Counted from the first letter of the stretch, positions 8,420 to 19,831 are shown. The stretch is 64,000 bases of DNA from an uncultured Dehalococcoidia bacterium (GCA_964343075.1 CAYFGT010000001.1:1323-65322); one strand, 5' to 3'. Numbers and translations: made by a program. The notes: generated by a model not told the origin, from the letters alone.

Positions 8420-9613
8420 CTAGATTAGTTTTACATACCGTCGTTTACCGATCTTTATAACTGTTCCTGATTGAATGTCTGCAGTCAGAATGTCATTAGT
8501 GATATTGGATGTATCTCCATTTCCAGATATCATTTGCACTGCGTTTTGTTTATATAATCGTTTCAATTCACTGTTACTAGGAACTGACCCAGATTTGATC
8601 AGTATGGCACTTAAAGACTTGGAAAGGTCTCTGGCTAATTCAGGTATATTTTCTGGTAACCCGCCTTGTTGGACTACATTTTCAAAGTTTTGCTGGGACG
8701 AGTCTGCAGTAGTAGTGTCAAAAAATGTACCAGTAATAATATGAGCCAATAATTTCTTGGCGTTCATAGCATTGTTATCAAGTTGGTTTTCGATATCTTT
8801 CAAGTCGGATATTGGTAAATCAGTTAGTAATTCGAAATAAGTTAATATGCAGTGGTCTGGTAATGACATAATTTTCCCATACATATCATTGGCTGAGTCG
8901 TCTAGAGAAATATAATTATCTAGACTTTTACTCATTTTTTGGACCCCATCTGTTCCCACTAATATCGGCATCATGAAACATTGTTGAGGACGCATCCCTT
9001 TGATTTGTTGCAGTGTCCTGCCGACCAACAGGTTAAACATTTGATCAGTTCCGCCAAATTCAACGTCTGATTCAATTGCTACCGAATCATAAGCTTGTAA
9101 CAGAGGATACAAGAATTCAGTAATCGCAATTGGCTTGTGTTCTTTGAATCTCAGGGCAAAATCGTCACGTTCTAGAAATTGAGCGACAGTGAATTTACTA
9201 GTCAATTCTATTACATCAGCCAGGCTAAATTTTCCAAACCATTCACTTTGCCATACTACTTGTGTTTGATTTTTGTCCACTACTCTGAAAAATTGGTCCA
9301 TATACGATTGTGCGTTTGCTATCACGTCATCATGAGTGAGCATAGGCCTGGTGACAGACTGTCCACTTGGGTCACCGATTTGTGCTGTCCAATCACCAAC
9401 GATCAAAATCACTTCATGTCCTAGTTCCTGTAATTGCTTTAATTTGCGGAGCCCGACTACATGCCCCAGATGAATATCGGCTCGTGAAGGATCAAATCCC
9501 ATTTTAAGCCTGAGCTTCTTGCCAGATTGTAAAAGTTCAATAAATTCTGTTTCAGATATTATTTCTTTAACACCGCGTTTTGTGATTGTGTGAAGGATCT
9601 CTGCATTAATCAT
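8420..9613 (-). CDS. tyrS: tyrosine--tRNA ligase
   Basis: HIGH-type motif HLGH, KMSKS present, C-terminal S4-like tail. Confidence 0.95.
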   Translation of the reverse strand: MINAEILHTITKRGVKEIISETEFIELLQSGKKLRLKMGFDPSRADIHLGHVVGLRKLKQLQELGHEVILIVGDWTAQIGDPSGQSVTRPMLTHDDVIANAQSYMDQFFRVVDKNQTQVVWQSEWFGKFSLADVIELTSKFTVAQFLERDDFALRFKEHKPIAITEFLYPLLQAYDSVAIESDVEFGGTDQMFNLLVGRTLQQIKGMRPQQCFMMPILVGTDGVQKMSKSLDNYISLDDSANDMYGKIMSLPDHCILTYFELLTDLPISDLKDIENQLDNNAMNAKKLLAHIITGTFFDTTTADSSQQNFENVVQQGGLPENIPELARDLSKSLSAILIKSGSVPSNSELKRLYKQNAVQMISGNGDTSNITNDILTADIQSGTVIKIGKRRYVKLI

Positions 9614-9620
9614 ATGAATC

Positions 9621-10541
9621 CTACACTCCTTGTTTGATAATTGTTAATGATTCCTCAACGTCTGATTCAATCTGAGCGATTAGTTCTTCGATAGTTGAGA
9701 ATTCGACTTGACCTCGGATCTTATCAAGAAAGTGTATATCCAAGTTTTGCCCATAAACGTCTTGTTTGAAATCCATGATATAAGTCTCTATGAGTCGCTG
9801 TTTCAATCCAAATGTGGGTCGGGTCCCGATACTAGTTACTGAATTGTAGGTTGCACCATCAAAGGATGTAGTAGTGCTGTAAATCCCGTCTGATGGTGTT
9901 ATCGCACGATCGTCAATATTCATGTTGGCGGTTGGGTAACCAAGTTCCCTCCCACGTTTGTTTCCATGGACCACAGTGCCTGATATTTGAAACATGTGGC
10001 CGAGTAAAGAGTTAGCTTTTGGAATATTGCCTTCTAAGAGCTCATTTCGAATCAGTTTGCTTCGGACGGGCTCGTTGTTGATAATTACGTCATCAATTGC
10101 GTGAACTTTGAATCCACGCTCTGCCCCGAGTTCACGTAGGAATTCGACATCTCCAGTTCTACCTTTTCCTACTGAGAAGTCTTTGCCTATCACAAACCCA
10201 ACTGGATTGAGTGCTTCGATTATAACGTCACAAAAATCAAAAGCCGACACATCTGCTAGTTCCTTAGTAAATTCTATGGGGATTACTTGGTGTATCCCGT
10301 ATTGTTGTATCAAATTAATCTTCTTTTTGGAATTGGTAATTAACTGGACCACTTTATTAGGACTTAGTATTTCCGTGGGATGATTGGAGAATGTTAATAC
10401 GACAGGGGTTACATCGGGGGCTTGTTGCTGTAGCAGCAGGGATATAAGCTCTTGATGACCTTTGTGAACGCCATCAAAAACACCAATGGTTATTACTGTC
10501 TTATGAGTCTTTAAGTGTGTTATATTTCCGAGAAAGTTCAT
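9621..10541 (-). CDS. ribF: bifunctional riboflavin kinase / FMN adenylyltransferase
   Basis: ITIGVFDGVHKGHQ, then the riboflavin-kinase half (GFPTAN-like GYPTANM, ...RPTFG). The start is taken at ATG 10541 (MNFLGN...). The 28-codon upstream extension in the ORF track has no homology and would run to within 9 nt of the divergent rsmD start. Confidence 0.9.
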   Translation of the reverse strand: MNFLGNITHLKTHKTVITIGVFDGVHKGHQELISLLLQQQAPDVTPVVLTFSNHPTEILSPNKVVQLITNSKKKINLIQQYGIHQVIPIEFTKELADVSAFDFCDVIIEALNPVGFVIGKDFSVGKGRTGDVEFLRELGAERGFKVHAIDDVIINNEPVRSKLIRNELLEGNIPKANSLLGHMFQISGTVVHGNKRGRELGYPTANMNIDDRAITPSDGIYSTTTSFDGATYNSVTSIGTRPTFGLKQRLIETYIMDFKQDVYGQNLDIHFLDKIRGQVEFSTIEELIAQIESDVEESLTIIKQGV

Positions 10542-10634
10542 AAATTCCCAGGTTGTTGAACGTACATTTGTATTTAGAATGGTAGCATAGTAGGTAACTG
10601 TTATCAATTTAATTTGATATAGCAAGAGGCGCGA

Positions 10635-11189
10635 ATGAGAATTATTGGGGGTACAGCTGGAGGAATAAACCTAAAAGGGCCTGCAGACAAGACCGTAAGG
10701 CCTACTACAGAGAGAGTTAGGGCAGCTATCTTCAATATCGTAGACCCTGTTCAATACGTTGACGGGAAAATACTAGATCTTTTTGCCGGGACTGGAAGTT
10801 TAGGAATAGAAACTTTAAGTCGCGGGGCTTCGCATTGCGATTTTGTGGAAGCGAACCCGTTACAGTTAAAAATACTTCGATCAAATTTGGAGCTGACCGG
10901 ATTGATAGACAAGGCAAGAACTTATCGAAGAGACTTGTTAAAGGGTATAGGCCCATTACACGGTCCTTACGATATGATACTTATGGATCCTCCTTACAAA
11001 ACGGTAAATCCATCAGATTTTATTGAACGTTTTGCGCTTGCAGAAAATATTTTTGACCGCCAAACATTGATTGTGGTTGGGCATTCGAAAAGGATGCCAC
11101 TTGCTTCATCATATGATACATTACATTGCATTGATTCTCGTTCATACGGGGATAACGCTATTAAACTTTATGAATTCAGGAAAGGTTAG
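10635..11189 (+). CDS. rsmD: 16S rRNA (guanine966-N2)-methyltransferase
   Basis: MRIIGG...RPTTERVRAAIFNI, FAGTGSLGIE, DPPY motif. Confidence 0.85.
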   Translation: MRIIGGTAGGINLKGPADKTVRPTTERVRAAIFNIVDPVQYVDGKILDLFAGTGSLGIETLSRGASHCDFVEANPLQLKILRSNLELTGLIDKARTYRRDLLKGIGPLHGPYDMILMDPPYKTVNPSDFIERFALAENIFDRQTLIVVGHSKRMPLASSYDTLHCIDSRSYGDNAIKLYEFRKG

Positions 11190-11192
11190 TAA

Positions 11193-11672
11193 ATGGTTAC
11201 TGCATTGTACCCTGGCACTTTTGACCCTGTCACGGTAGGTCACTTAGATATTGCTCAACGAGCTTCTGCTTTGTTTGAAAAGCTTATAATCGGGGTATAC
11301 AAATTGCCAGACAAGAATTTGCTGTTTAATACGGACGAACGTGTTCAGATGTTTCGAGACGCTGTAAAGGACTTACCTAACGTTGAAGTACGTATCTTTG
11401 ATGGATTGGTGGTGAGGTTTGCGAAAGAAATTGGTGCTTCGGTGATAGTGCGAGGGCTACGAAGCGGCACGGACTTTGAGTACGAGTTTGATATGACATT
11501 TATGAATAGGCGGTTGGAACCCAATGTCGATGTAGTCTGCTTAATGACATCTCAAGAATACAAGATGTTTAGCTCTAGTTTGCTGAAAGAAGTAGCTAGA
11601 TTGGGAGGAGATGTTCAAGATATGGTGCCAAATGGTGTCGTAAAGGCGTTGAAAAATAAATTCAAACAATAG
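11193..11672 (+). CDS. coaD: phosphopantetheine adenylyltransferase
   Basis: YPGTFDPVTVGHLDI, and a length of 159 aa. Confidence 0.95.
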   Translation: MVTALYPGTFDPVTVGHLDIAQRASALFEKLIIGVYKLPDKNLLFNTDERVQMFRDAVKDLPNVEVRIFDGLVVRFAKEIGASVIVRGLRSGTDFEYEFDMTFMNRRLEPNVDVVCLMTSQEYKMFSSSLLKEVARLGGDVQDMVPNGVVKALKNKFKQ

Positions 11673-11715
11673 TATCATATCGCTATTGTGAAATAAGTGT
11701 TTGCGGAGGTGCGGT

Positions 11716-12240
11716 GTGGACATTATAAATATACTTGATAGATTAGAAACTTTAGTTAATTCTAGTAAAAAGGTGCCATATACTAACAGCGCCATAATAG
11801 ATCGAAAAAAAATTCTTGATTTACTAGATCAAATGAGACTAAATATCCCACAAGAAATTAAAGAAGCAAGTGAAATTTTGTTTCAGAAAGATCAGATCAT
11901 TAACACAGCAGTCATGGAAGCTAGAGCATCCAAATCAGAAGCAGAAGCAGAATTCATGTCTAAGCTTAATCAATCGGCTTTGCAGCAGAAAGCAGAAGAA
12001 TTATTCGCTGATGCAGATAGAAAAACTCAGAAACAAATAGAACAAGTCACAAAAGAATGTATGGCTATACGTATTGAGGCAGATTCGTATGCTCTCAAGA
12101 GTTTGCGTGATTTAGAGCAAGAGCTTACAAAAATATCGGGTTCTGTCAGAAAGGGTATTGAATTACTTGCGAAGAACGCTAGCAATGCCCAAAACAATGT
12201 GATTTCTGAGCAAGTAGCAGTTAATCAAGCTGCTGATTAA
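11716..12240 (+). CDS. conserved coiled-coil protein (DivIVA / 'ATPase subunit H-like' hypothetical family)
   Basis: GGAGG (11705-11709) lies 6 nt before GTG 11716. The N-terminal DIINILDRLETLVNSSKKVP...KILDLLDQMRLNIPQEIKEA is followed by a long Glu/Lys/Ala/Gln-rich helix. Function unknown. Confidence 0.65.
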   Translation: MDIINILDRLETLVNSSKKVPYTNSAIIDRKKILDLLDQMRLNIPQEIKEASEILFQKDQIINTAVMEARASKSEAEAEFMSKLNQSALQQKAEELFADADRKTQKQIEQVTKECMAIRIEADSYALKSLRDLEQELTKISGSVRKGIELLAKNASNAQNNVISEQVAVNQAAD

Positions 12241-12265
12241 GGAACGCGCACCGGCTGTAAATTTG

Positions 12266-12294
12266 TTGACCAGTTATACGCTAACTAATAAAAT
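12266..12294 (+). promoter_or_regulatory. candidate sigma70 promoter for the nuclease gene
   Basis: TTGACC (12266-12271), 17-nt spacer, TAAAAT (12289-12294), 30 nt upstream of the ATG at 12325. Confidence 0.35.
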
Positions 12295-12324
12295 TAGCAC
12301 TATGTTTAGATTAGGGGGCCTAGG

Positions 12325-12867
12325 ATGCTTGAAATGACCATTGATAGTATACGAGTAAGCCCGATGAATTATCAAAGAATTGTCATTCTAAAGCAGAAAG
12401 ATGGTGATAAATTCCTCCCTATATGGATAGGGCCTCAAGAGGCAGATGCCATAGCTGTAAAATTACAAGATATGTCAGTGCCTAGGCCGTTGACTCATGA
12501 CCTCCTATGCTCGTTTTTAAGTATTGCATCCGCAACCGTGCAGCATGTGCTAATTAATAATTTAGAAAGTGATACATTCTATGCTAGGATTTTTTTTCAA
12601 ATTGGAGAAAAAGTAGAAGAGATAGATTCAAGACCATCTGATGCCATAGCATTGGCGGTGAGAATTGGTGTTCCCATTTACGTTGAAGAAGAGGTTATCG
12701 AAAAGGCAGGTGTTAAATTGGACGACCAAGGTAAGCCAATAAGTCCGCCTCAAGGAGAGAATCCGGAAAACACACCTGTTCGAGAAGAAGAACTCAAAAG
12801 TATGTCGGCATTCACAGATTTCATAAACAACCTGGATTTGGAAGACTTCGATCAAACCAAGGATTAA
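12325..12867 (+). CDS. bifunctional nuclease (BFN/DUF151) domain protein
   Basis: PIWIGPQEADAIAVKL...PRPLTHDLL...IDSRPSDAIALAVRIGVPIYV is the characteristic DUF151 pattern. The C-terminal tail is acidic. Confidence 0.8.
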   Translation: MLEMTIDSIRVSPMNYQRIVILKQKDGDKFLPIWIGPQEADAIAVKLQDMSVPRPLTHDLLCSFLSIASATVQHVLINNLESDTFYARIFFQIGEKVEEIDSRPSDAIALAVRIGVPIYVEEEVIEKAGVKLDDQGKPISPPQGENPENTPVREEELKSMSAFTDFINNLDLEDFDQTKD

Positions 12868-12943
12868 TGACCGACAGCAAAGTCGCTAAACTATATGATG
12901 TTCTTTGAAAAACAAAAGTACATAACTCTAAGCTTGAATCGCA

Positions 12944-12973
12944 TTGACTTTGCTAAAAGTGTCATGGTACGAT
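12944..12973 (+). promoter_or_regulatory. candidate promoter of the atp operon
   Basis: TTGACT (12944-12949), 18-nt spacer, TGgTACGAT extended -10 (12965-12973). Confidence 0.3.
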
Positions 12974-12989
12974 TTTGCACGTTTTGTGA

Positions 12990-13196
12990 GTGGTAATGCC
13001 TAAATTTGTGGTAGCATTAAAATTCACCGGTTTAGGCTGGTATATTGCGCTTTGCATAGTATGTGGAACGGTCTTAGGAATAGGCCTAGATAGATGGAGT
13101 GGTTTAAGCCCTCTCTTTACACTCATAGGAGTTTTAACAGGCTCCATAGTGGCGTTCTGGGGTCTGATTAAGATGGTAAAACAGTTTATAAAATAG
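12990..13196 (+). CDS. atpI: AtpZ/AtpI-like small membrane protein of the ATP synthase operon
   Basis: 68 aa with two TM helices: LGWYIALCIVCGTVLGIGLD.W...PLFTLIGVLTGSIVAFWGL. It sits directly upstream of atpB. The start could be GTG 12990 or ATG 12996. Confidence 0.7.
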   Translation: MVMPKFVVALKFTGLGWYIALCIVCGTVLGIGLDRWSGLSPLFTLIGVLTGSIVAFWGLIKMVKQFIK

Positions 13197-13210
13197 TAGG
13201 TGAGAGGGAT

Positions 13211-14275
13211 TTGGCTAGTTCGAAAAAAATGATCAAGTACCTGGTGATTGCTATCATCGTAGCGTTGCTAATAACAGGGTTCATCAATGGAGCAATTGGA
13301 TCATCGATTTTCGGGCAAGAACGTTTTCTAGAAAAACCCCACATTAGTCTTCCTCCTCAACCAGTTTTCCCCCAATCTGTGAGAGATCATCACCTAGGGT
13401 ACTCTGATGACCATGGTTACTCTGATTCACATGGAGATACCCACGACAACAAATATGCTCATTATGCTGATACTGATAAAGATTCTCATGGCTCTGGTCA
13501 TGGAGAAAGTGGTAAAGATGCCCATTCAGACGAAGGACATCACTCAACCCCACTTGGGCTTATGGACTTTGCAGTAACAAACACCATGATTTCAGCGTGG
13601 TTCGCTTCAATTGTAATTATTCTAATATTCGTTCTAGGGGCCAGGAAAAAAGCTTTAATTCCAGGAAGATTTCAAAGTTTGGTAGAGATCATGTTTGAGG
13701 GAGTACTAGGGTTCGCTAGCAGCGTATTAGGTCGCGAAATGGCTCGTAAAGTGTTCCCTGTTATCGCGACTATATTTTTCTTTGTTTTGTTTAACGCGTG
13801 GTTAGCACTTCTGCCTTTCTATCAATTCTTAGGATTTGTTAATGATTCCGGTACCATCGAAGCACATTTTATAAGGCCTGCTGGTACTGATTTAAATATG
13901 CCTTTAGCTTTAGGTCTCGTTTCTTTCGTTTTGGTCGAATACTGGGGTATTAAATCACATGGTATTGGTTATTTTAAGAAATTTTTTGCGTTCGGAAAAA
14001 TATTACGAGGGAAACCTTCTGGAATCATAGATGTATTTGTTGGATTACTTGAATTCATTAGCGAACTAGTTAGGATTGTTAGTTTTACGTTTAGGTTATT
14101 CGGTAATATGACAGCAGGAGAAATACTTGTTGTTATGGTAACGTTCTTAGTCCCATTCATAGCTACTCAGTTTGTGTTTGGGCTCGAATTGCTAGTAGGT
14201 TTAATACAATCAATTATCTTTGCTGGTTTGACTTTAGTATTTATATCCGTCGCTACCAGTCATGAAGAACATTAA
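13211..14275 (+). CDS. atpB: F0F1 ATP synthase subunit a with ~115-aa N-terminal extension
   Basis: The C-terminal ~240 aa are canonical: ...LRLFGNMTAGEIL... with the essential Arg, and 5 TM helices. A TTG start lies 7 nt after AGGTGA. The extension has one TM helix plus a His/Asp-rich segment. Confidence 0.9.
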   Translation: MASSKKMIKYLVIAIIVALLITGFINGAIGSSIFGQERFLEKPHISLPPQPVFPQSVRDHHLGYSDDHGYSDSHGDTHDNKYAHYADTDKDSHGSGHGESGKDAHSDEGHHSTPLGLMDFAVTNTMISAWFASIVIILIFVLGARKKALIPGRFQSLVEIMFEGVLGFASSVLGREMARKVFPVIATIFFFVLFNAWLALLPFYQFLGFVNDSGTIEAHFIRPAGTDLNMPLALGLVSFVLVEYWGIKSHGIGYFKKFFAFGKILRGKPSGIIDVFVGLLEFISELVRIVSFTFRLFGNMTAGEILVVMVTFLVPFIATQFVFGLELLVGLIQSIIFAGLTLVFISVATSHEEH

Positions 14276-14373
14276 GGTGTTTAATATTAGAGAATTCAGT
14301 TTATATGGATTCTCTAGGAACGGCATATGCCGATATTAAAAAATAATAATAAGGAAAACTAGGAGAGGTAACT

Positions 14374-14604
14374 ATGGAAGCTGAAGCAGCTAAATTTCTG
14401 GGAGCAGCTCTTGCTATTGCATTAGGAGTTGTAGGACCAGGAGTAGGTATAGGAATATTGGGAGCAGGAGCTATGGGAGCAATCGGCAGAAATCCTGAAG
14501 CAGCTGGCTCAATCACTACTAATATGATTCTAGCAATTGCATTCGCAGAAGCATTAGGTATTTACTCACTAATTGTTGCAGTGATACTTCTGTTCGTTGT
14601 TTAA
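14374..14604 (+). CDS. atpE: F0F1 ATP synthase subunit c
   Basis: 76-aa hairpin with a GxGxGxG helix 1, a GRNPEA loop and a carboxylate in AFAEALGIY. Confidence 0.95.
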   Translation: MEAEAAKFLGAALAIALGVVGPGVGIGILGAGAMGAIGRNPEAAGSITTNMILAIAFAEALGIYSLIVAVILLFVV

Positions 14605-14637
14605 AGTACAAAGAACAGCTAGTTTAAGGAGGTACAT

Positions 14638-15138
14638 ATGACTGAGCTAGGGTTAAACATTCCTAGTCTGGTCGCATATCTAATTAACTTCGTCGTACTG
14701 TTGGGGATTTTACTTGTTTTTGCATACAAGCCATTAATAAGCGCAATTGACCAACGAGCGGAGAAGATTCGTGAGAGCTTGGAAGCAGCGGACAAAGCTC
14801 AAGAAGATGCGGATAATTCAAGAGCGGAAATTCAGGCTCAAATAAATGAAGCAAGAATCGAAGCTCAAAAGATATTAGATCAGGCACGTAGCGCGGCAGA
14901 CCGATTCAGAGACGAACGGATGGCACAAGCTCAAGAGGAAGCAATAGCATTTACCGAAAGGGCTAAATCGGATATTGAATCCGAACGAGATTCTGCGATA
15001 AGAGAGCTTAAAGAGAATTTTGGAGAATTGGCTATCGACGCTGCTGAAGCCGTCGTTAAGAAATCACTAGATGCTAAGAGTCATAAAGATTTGATAGATC
15101 AAATCTTGGAAGAAAGCAGTACTGTTGGTGGTAAATAA
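14638..15138 (+). CDS. atpF: F0F1 ATP synthase subunit b
   Basis: N-terminal TM helix followed by a long charged helix. Operon position supports the call. AAGGAGG SD. Confidence 0.9.
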   Translation: MTELGLNIPSLVAYLINFVVLLGILLVFAYKPLISAIDQRAEKIRESLEAADKAQEDADNSRAEIQAQINEARIEAQKILDQARSAADRFRDERMAQAQEEAIAFTERAKSDIESERDSAIRELKENFGELAIDAAEAVVKKSLDAKSHKDLIDQILEESSTVGGK

Positions 15139-15677
15139 TGGCAATAGGTAGGTCAGGAATTAGGTATGCTCAGGCATTGTTCGAACTTGCCTCTCAGGAA
15201 GATAAACATGAGGAATGGTTGGCGGAGTTGAAGGAAGTCGAAGAGGTACTAAGCAACTCAGATTTTCAGGGCTTGCTTAATCATGCTGAAGTATCTGTCG
15301 AACAGAAGCACTCTGCCGTACAAGAAGCATTCCACGACAATCACCCAATGATAAAGAATTTGGTTTTGTTGTTGATTAAAAACTCCGTTATTGATTGTAT
15401 CAACGATTTGGTGGAAAGTTATGAAGATCTGCTGGATGTTCATTTTGGTAGGCAAAGAATAGCGATCACTACGGCAGTCAAACTGAACGCCAGTCAAGTA
15501 AAGTCAATGACGCAGGTGGTTAAGAAAATTGTGGATAAAGAAGTGGTTCTCGACACACATGTTGATGAATCAATTATTGGCGGAGTGGTCATAAAGATTG
15601 GAGATCAACTACTTGACGGTAGTATTAAAACTCAATTGGATGACATGAGGAAAGCAATCAAATCAGGTGTTATTTAA
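15138..15677 (+). CDS. atpH: F0F1 ATP synthase subunit delta
   Basis: 179 aa. YAQALFELA N-terminus and a GGVVIKIGDQLLDGSIKTQL C-terminus. 1-nt overlap with atpF. Confidence 0.9.
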   Translation: MAIGRSGIRYAQALFELASQEDKHEEWLAELKEVEEVLSNSDFQGLLNHAEVSVEQKHSAVQEAFHDNHPMIKNLVLLLIKNSVIDCINDLVESYEDLLDVHFGRQRIAITTAVKLNASQVKSMTQVVKKIVDKEVVLDTHVDESIIGGVVIKIGDQLLDGSIKTQLDDMRKAIKSGVI

Positions 15678-15724
15678 CCTGTTTTGATGTTTTACTCGAA
15701 AATACGAAATAAGAGGAACCAAGT

Positions 15725-17233
15725 ATGGCTATAAATGGACAAGAAATAGTTTCTTTACTGAAACGACAGATTGAAGAGTTTGGCGGAGATTTATCACTTG
15801 TTGACGTTGGAACTGTTGTACAAGTAGGTGACGGTATTGCCAGTATTCAAGGATTACAAGGGGTTCGATCTAACGAACTTCTTGATTTTGGGGAAGATAT
15901 AGTCGGACTGGCATTGAACTTGGAGTCAGATATCGTGGGTGCTGCTATATTGGGAGATCCAAACGCTGTCAAAGAAGGAGATACTGTTAGAGCGACAGGT
16001 CGGATTATTGAAGTACCAGTGGGAGATGCGTTAATAGGGAGAGTGGTTGATCCTCTGGGTCGCCCACTTGACGGTAAAGGAGCAGTAAACACTGATAAAA
16101 CCCTGCCAGTTGAGAGAGTTGCTCCTAACGTTGCAGTCAGAAAATCGGTTTCTACCCCTGTATTGACTGGTGTGAAAGCTGTAGATTCAATGGTACCGAT
16201 AGGCCGAGGGCAAAGAGAATTAATCATCGGCGATAGATCCACTGGGAAAACAGCGATTGCAATTGATGCAATTATTAATCAAAAAGGCGGTGATCTAATC
16301 TGCATTTATGTAGCTATAGGTCAGAAGCAAAGTAAAGTGTCAGAAGTGGTGGGGGCATTAGATAGATATGGTGCTATGGAACACACTATAGTCGTAACGG
16401 CTGGTGCATCTGAATCTGCACCATTACAATACATCGCTCCCTTTGCAGGATGTGCTATGGCAGAAGAGTTTATGGAACAAGGTAAAGATGTATTGATAGT
16501 TTATGACGACCTGACAAAACATTCTTGGGCTTACCGGCAAATGTCATTGCTGCTACGAAGACCGGCAGGCAGAGAAGCTTTCCCTGGAGACGTGTTTTAT
16601 GTACATAGTAGACTTCTCGAACGAGCTGCACGTCTAGATGATGAGCATGGTGGGGGGTCTATCACAGCACTGCCCGTGATAGAAACTCAAGCTGGTGATG
16701 TATCTGCATACATACCAACAAACGTTATCTCTATAACTGACGGCCAAATTTTCTTGGAATCCGATTTGTTCAACTCTGGAATACGACCAGCGATCAATGT
16801 GGGCCTTTCGGTGTCCAGAGTCGGTAGCTCTGCTCAAACAAGATCAGTTAAGAAAGTTGCAGGGAGTTTGAGGATCGACTTAGCCCAATATAGAGAATTG
16901 GCAACCTTCGCCCAGTTTGGGACTTCTGATTTAGATGCTGCAACACGGCAACAATTAAGCCAAGGCCAGATGGCAGTCGAAGTTTTGAAACAGCCTCAAT
17001 ATCTACCATTAAACCTAGTACAAGAGACTATTATTTTGTATGCATTGAATGCTAGACATACTGAAGGCATTGAATTAGAACGAGTGGCTGATTTTGAAAA
17101 TCAACTGGTTAGACATGTAGAAGCTAGTCATCCAGATATTGTGGAAGACATAAATAAAACCACCGATTTGACTGATGAGACAGAAGAAAAATTATCTAAA
17201 GTCATTCAAGATTTCAAATCGACTTTTGTATAA
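15725..17233 (+). CDS. atpA: F0F1 ATP synthase subunit alpha
   Basis: GDRSTGKT Walker A. Full-length collinearity over 502 aa. Confidence 0.97.
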   Translation: MAINGQEIVSLLKRQIEEFGGDLSLVDVGTVVQVGDGIASIQGLQGVRSNELLDFGEDIVGLALNLESDIVGAAILGDPNAVKEGDTVRATGRIIEVPVGDALIGRVVDPLGRPLDGKGAVNTDKTLPVERVAPNVAVRKSVSTPVLTGVKAVDSMVPIGRGQRELIIGDRSTGKTAIAIDAIINQKGGDLICIYVAIGQKQSKVSEVVGALDRYGAMEHTIVVTAGASESAPLQYIAPFAGCAMAEEFMEQGKDVLIVYDDLTKHSWAYRQMSLLLRRPAGREAFPGDVFYVHSRLLERAARLDDEHGGGSITALPVIETQAGDVSAYIPTNVISITDGQIFLESDLFNSGIRPAINVGLSVSRVGSSAQTRSVKKVAGSLRIDLAQYRELATFAQFGTSDLDAATRQQLSQGQMAVEVLKQPQYLPLNLVQETIILYALNARHTEGIELERVADFENQLVRHVEASHPDIVEDINKTTDLTDETEEKLSKVIQDFKSTFV

Positions 17234-17253
17234 TTGAGGTGTATTAGACGTAA

Positions 17254-18114
17254 ATGCCAAGCGTAAGAGACATAAAGCGACGAATCCGAAGCATAGAAAA
17301 TACAGGCCAAGTTACGAATGCTATGGCCTTGATCGCTGCGTCTAAAATGGCCAGAGCTCAAAATGCAGTGCAATCTAGTAGGCCATATGAAGAAAAGATA
17401 ACGTCAGTAGTGACATCTTTATCAGCGCAAGTCAGTGGAGGAGAAAATAGTCATCCACTTTTGGAAGAAAGGGAAGTTACAAAGATCGGATTGGTAGTAA
17501 TAGGACCTGACAGAGGTCTCTGCGGGGGATTGATTTCAAATTTGAATAGGAATGTTGCTTCTTTTATCAATGGTGTAGAACACGAAATAATTCCAATTGC
17601 CGTGGGAAGAAAATCAAGAGATGTACTCAGTAGATGTGGATTGAATCCTGAAAATTCTTTCTCTGATCTAGGAGATCGGATAGAGAAATCCGATACTGAA
17701 CCGATCAGCAAACTGCTGATGGAACAGTATGAATCTAGAGAAATTGATACTATGTATGTCGCGTATAGCAAATTTGTGTCAACTACAACGCAAGAACCTG
17801 TAGTTGAAAAGATAATTCCTCTTCAAGTAGATGAGAGCCATAGTGGAGGCACCTCGGATTATATATATGAACCAAGTACTGAGATGGTGCTTGGTGGTTT
17901 GATACCCAGGTATGTAGACATGAAAGTATTTCATGCAGTCCAAGAAGCGATCGCAAGTGAACTTTCTGCAAGAATGGTGGCGATGCGAAATGCCACTGAT
18001 AATGCCAAAAGCTTAGGTGATGATTTGACGGTGGTTATGAATAAGTTACGTCAAGATAGCATTACTAACGAATTGCTCGATTTAGTTGGAGGACAAGCTG
18101 CACTGGAACAATAA
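17254..18114 (+). CDS. atpG: F0F1 ATP synthase subunit gamma
   Basis: IKRRIRSIENTGQVTNAM N-terminus and ITNELLDLVGG C-terminus. Confidence 0.95.
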   Translation: MPSVRDIKRRIRSIENTGQVTNAMALIAASKMARAQNAVQSSRPYEEKITSVVTSLSAQVSGGENSHPLLEEREVTKIGLVVIGPDRGLCGGLISNLNRNVASFINGVEHEIIPIAVGRKSRDVLSRCGLNPENSFSDLGDRIEKSDTEPISKLLMEQYESREIDTMYVAYSKFVSTTTQEPVVEKIIPLQVDESHSGGTSDYIYEPSTEMVLGGLIPRYVDMKVFHAVQEAIASELSARMVAMRNATDNAKSLGDDLTVVMNKLRQDSITNELLDLVGGQAALEQ

Positions 18115-18148
18115 ATTAGTGAAGTGCATTAGAAGTATTTAGGAATAG

Positions 18149-19549
<1,401 letters not shown>

Positions 19550-19567
19550 TGGTAGATACGGAGAATT

Positions 19568-19825
19568 ATGAGTACTACACATGTTGAAATAATAACTCTT
19601 GAAAAAGTGGTTTATTCTGGGGATGTGGAATCCGTGGTTGTACCTGGCGCCGAGGGTCAGCTGGGGATTTTAGCTAATCATGCATCCTTGATGTCTATAT
19701 TATCAAATGGAATTATCCGGCTTAAGTCTGCAGATGATGAAACAAGATTCAACGTCGATGGTGGATTCATAGAGGTGAACAACAACGCTGTCACTATATT
19801 AGCAGATTCATGCGAGGCTATTTAA
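19568..19825 (+). CDS. atpC: F0F1 ATP synthase subunit epsilon, N-terminal beta-sandwich domain only
   Basis: 85 aa. Includes VVVPGAEGQLGILANHASLMS...DGGFIEV..NAVTILAD. The ORF stops where the two C-terminal helices normally begin. Confidence 0.85.
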   Translation: MSTTHVEIITLEKVVYSGDVESVVVPGAEGQLGILANHASLMSILSNGIIRLKSADDETRFNVDGGFIEVNNNAVTILADSCEAI

Positions 19826-19831
19826 AATACC

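Noticed and set aside
9614-9620. T-box or other leader elements upstream of tyrS, and likewise proS (44021-44062) and pheS (40103-40165)
   Set aside because: The upstream gaps are 7, 42 and about 60 nt, far shorter than a T-box leader of around 200 nt. No specifier or T-box sequence was seen.
14374-14604. A Na+-translocating c-subunit
   Set aside because: The ion-binding helix reads AFAEALGIY, with Ala-Leu after the Glu and no Ser/Thr. Helix 1 has no Gln at the expected position. This is consistent with an ordinary H+-coupled c-ring.
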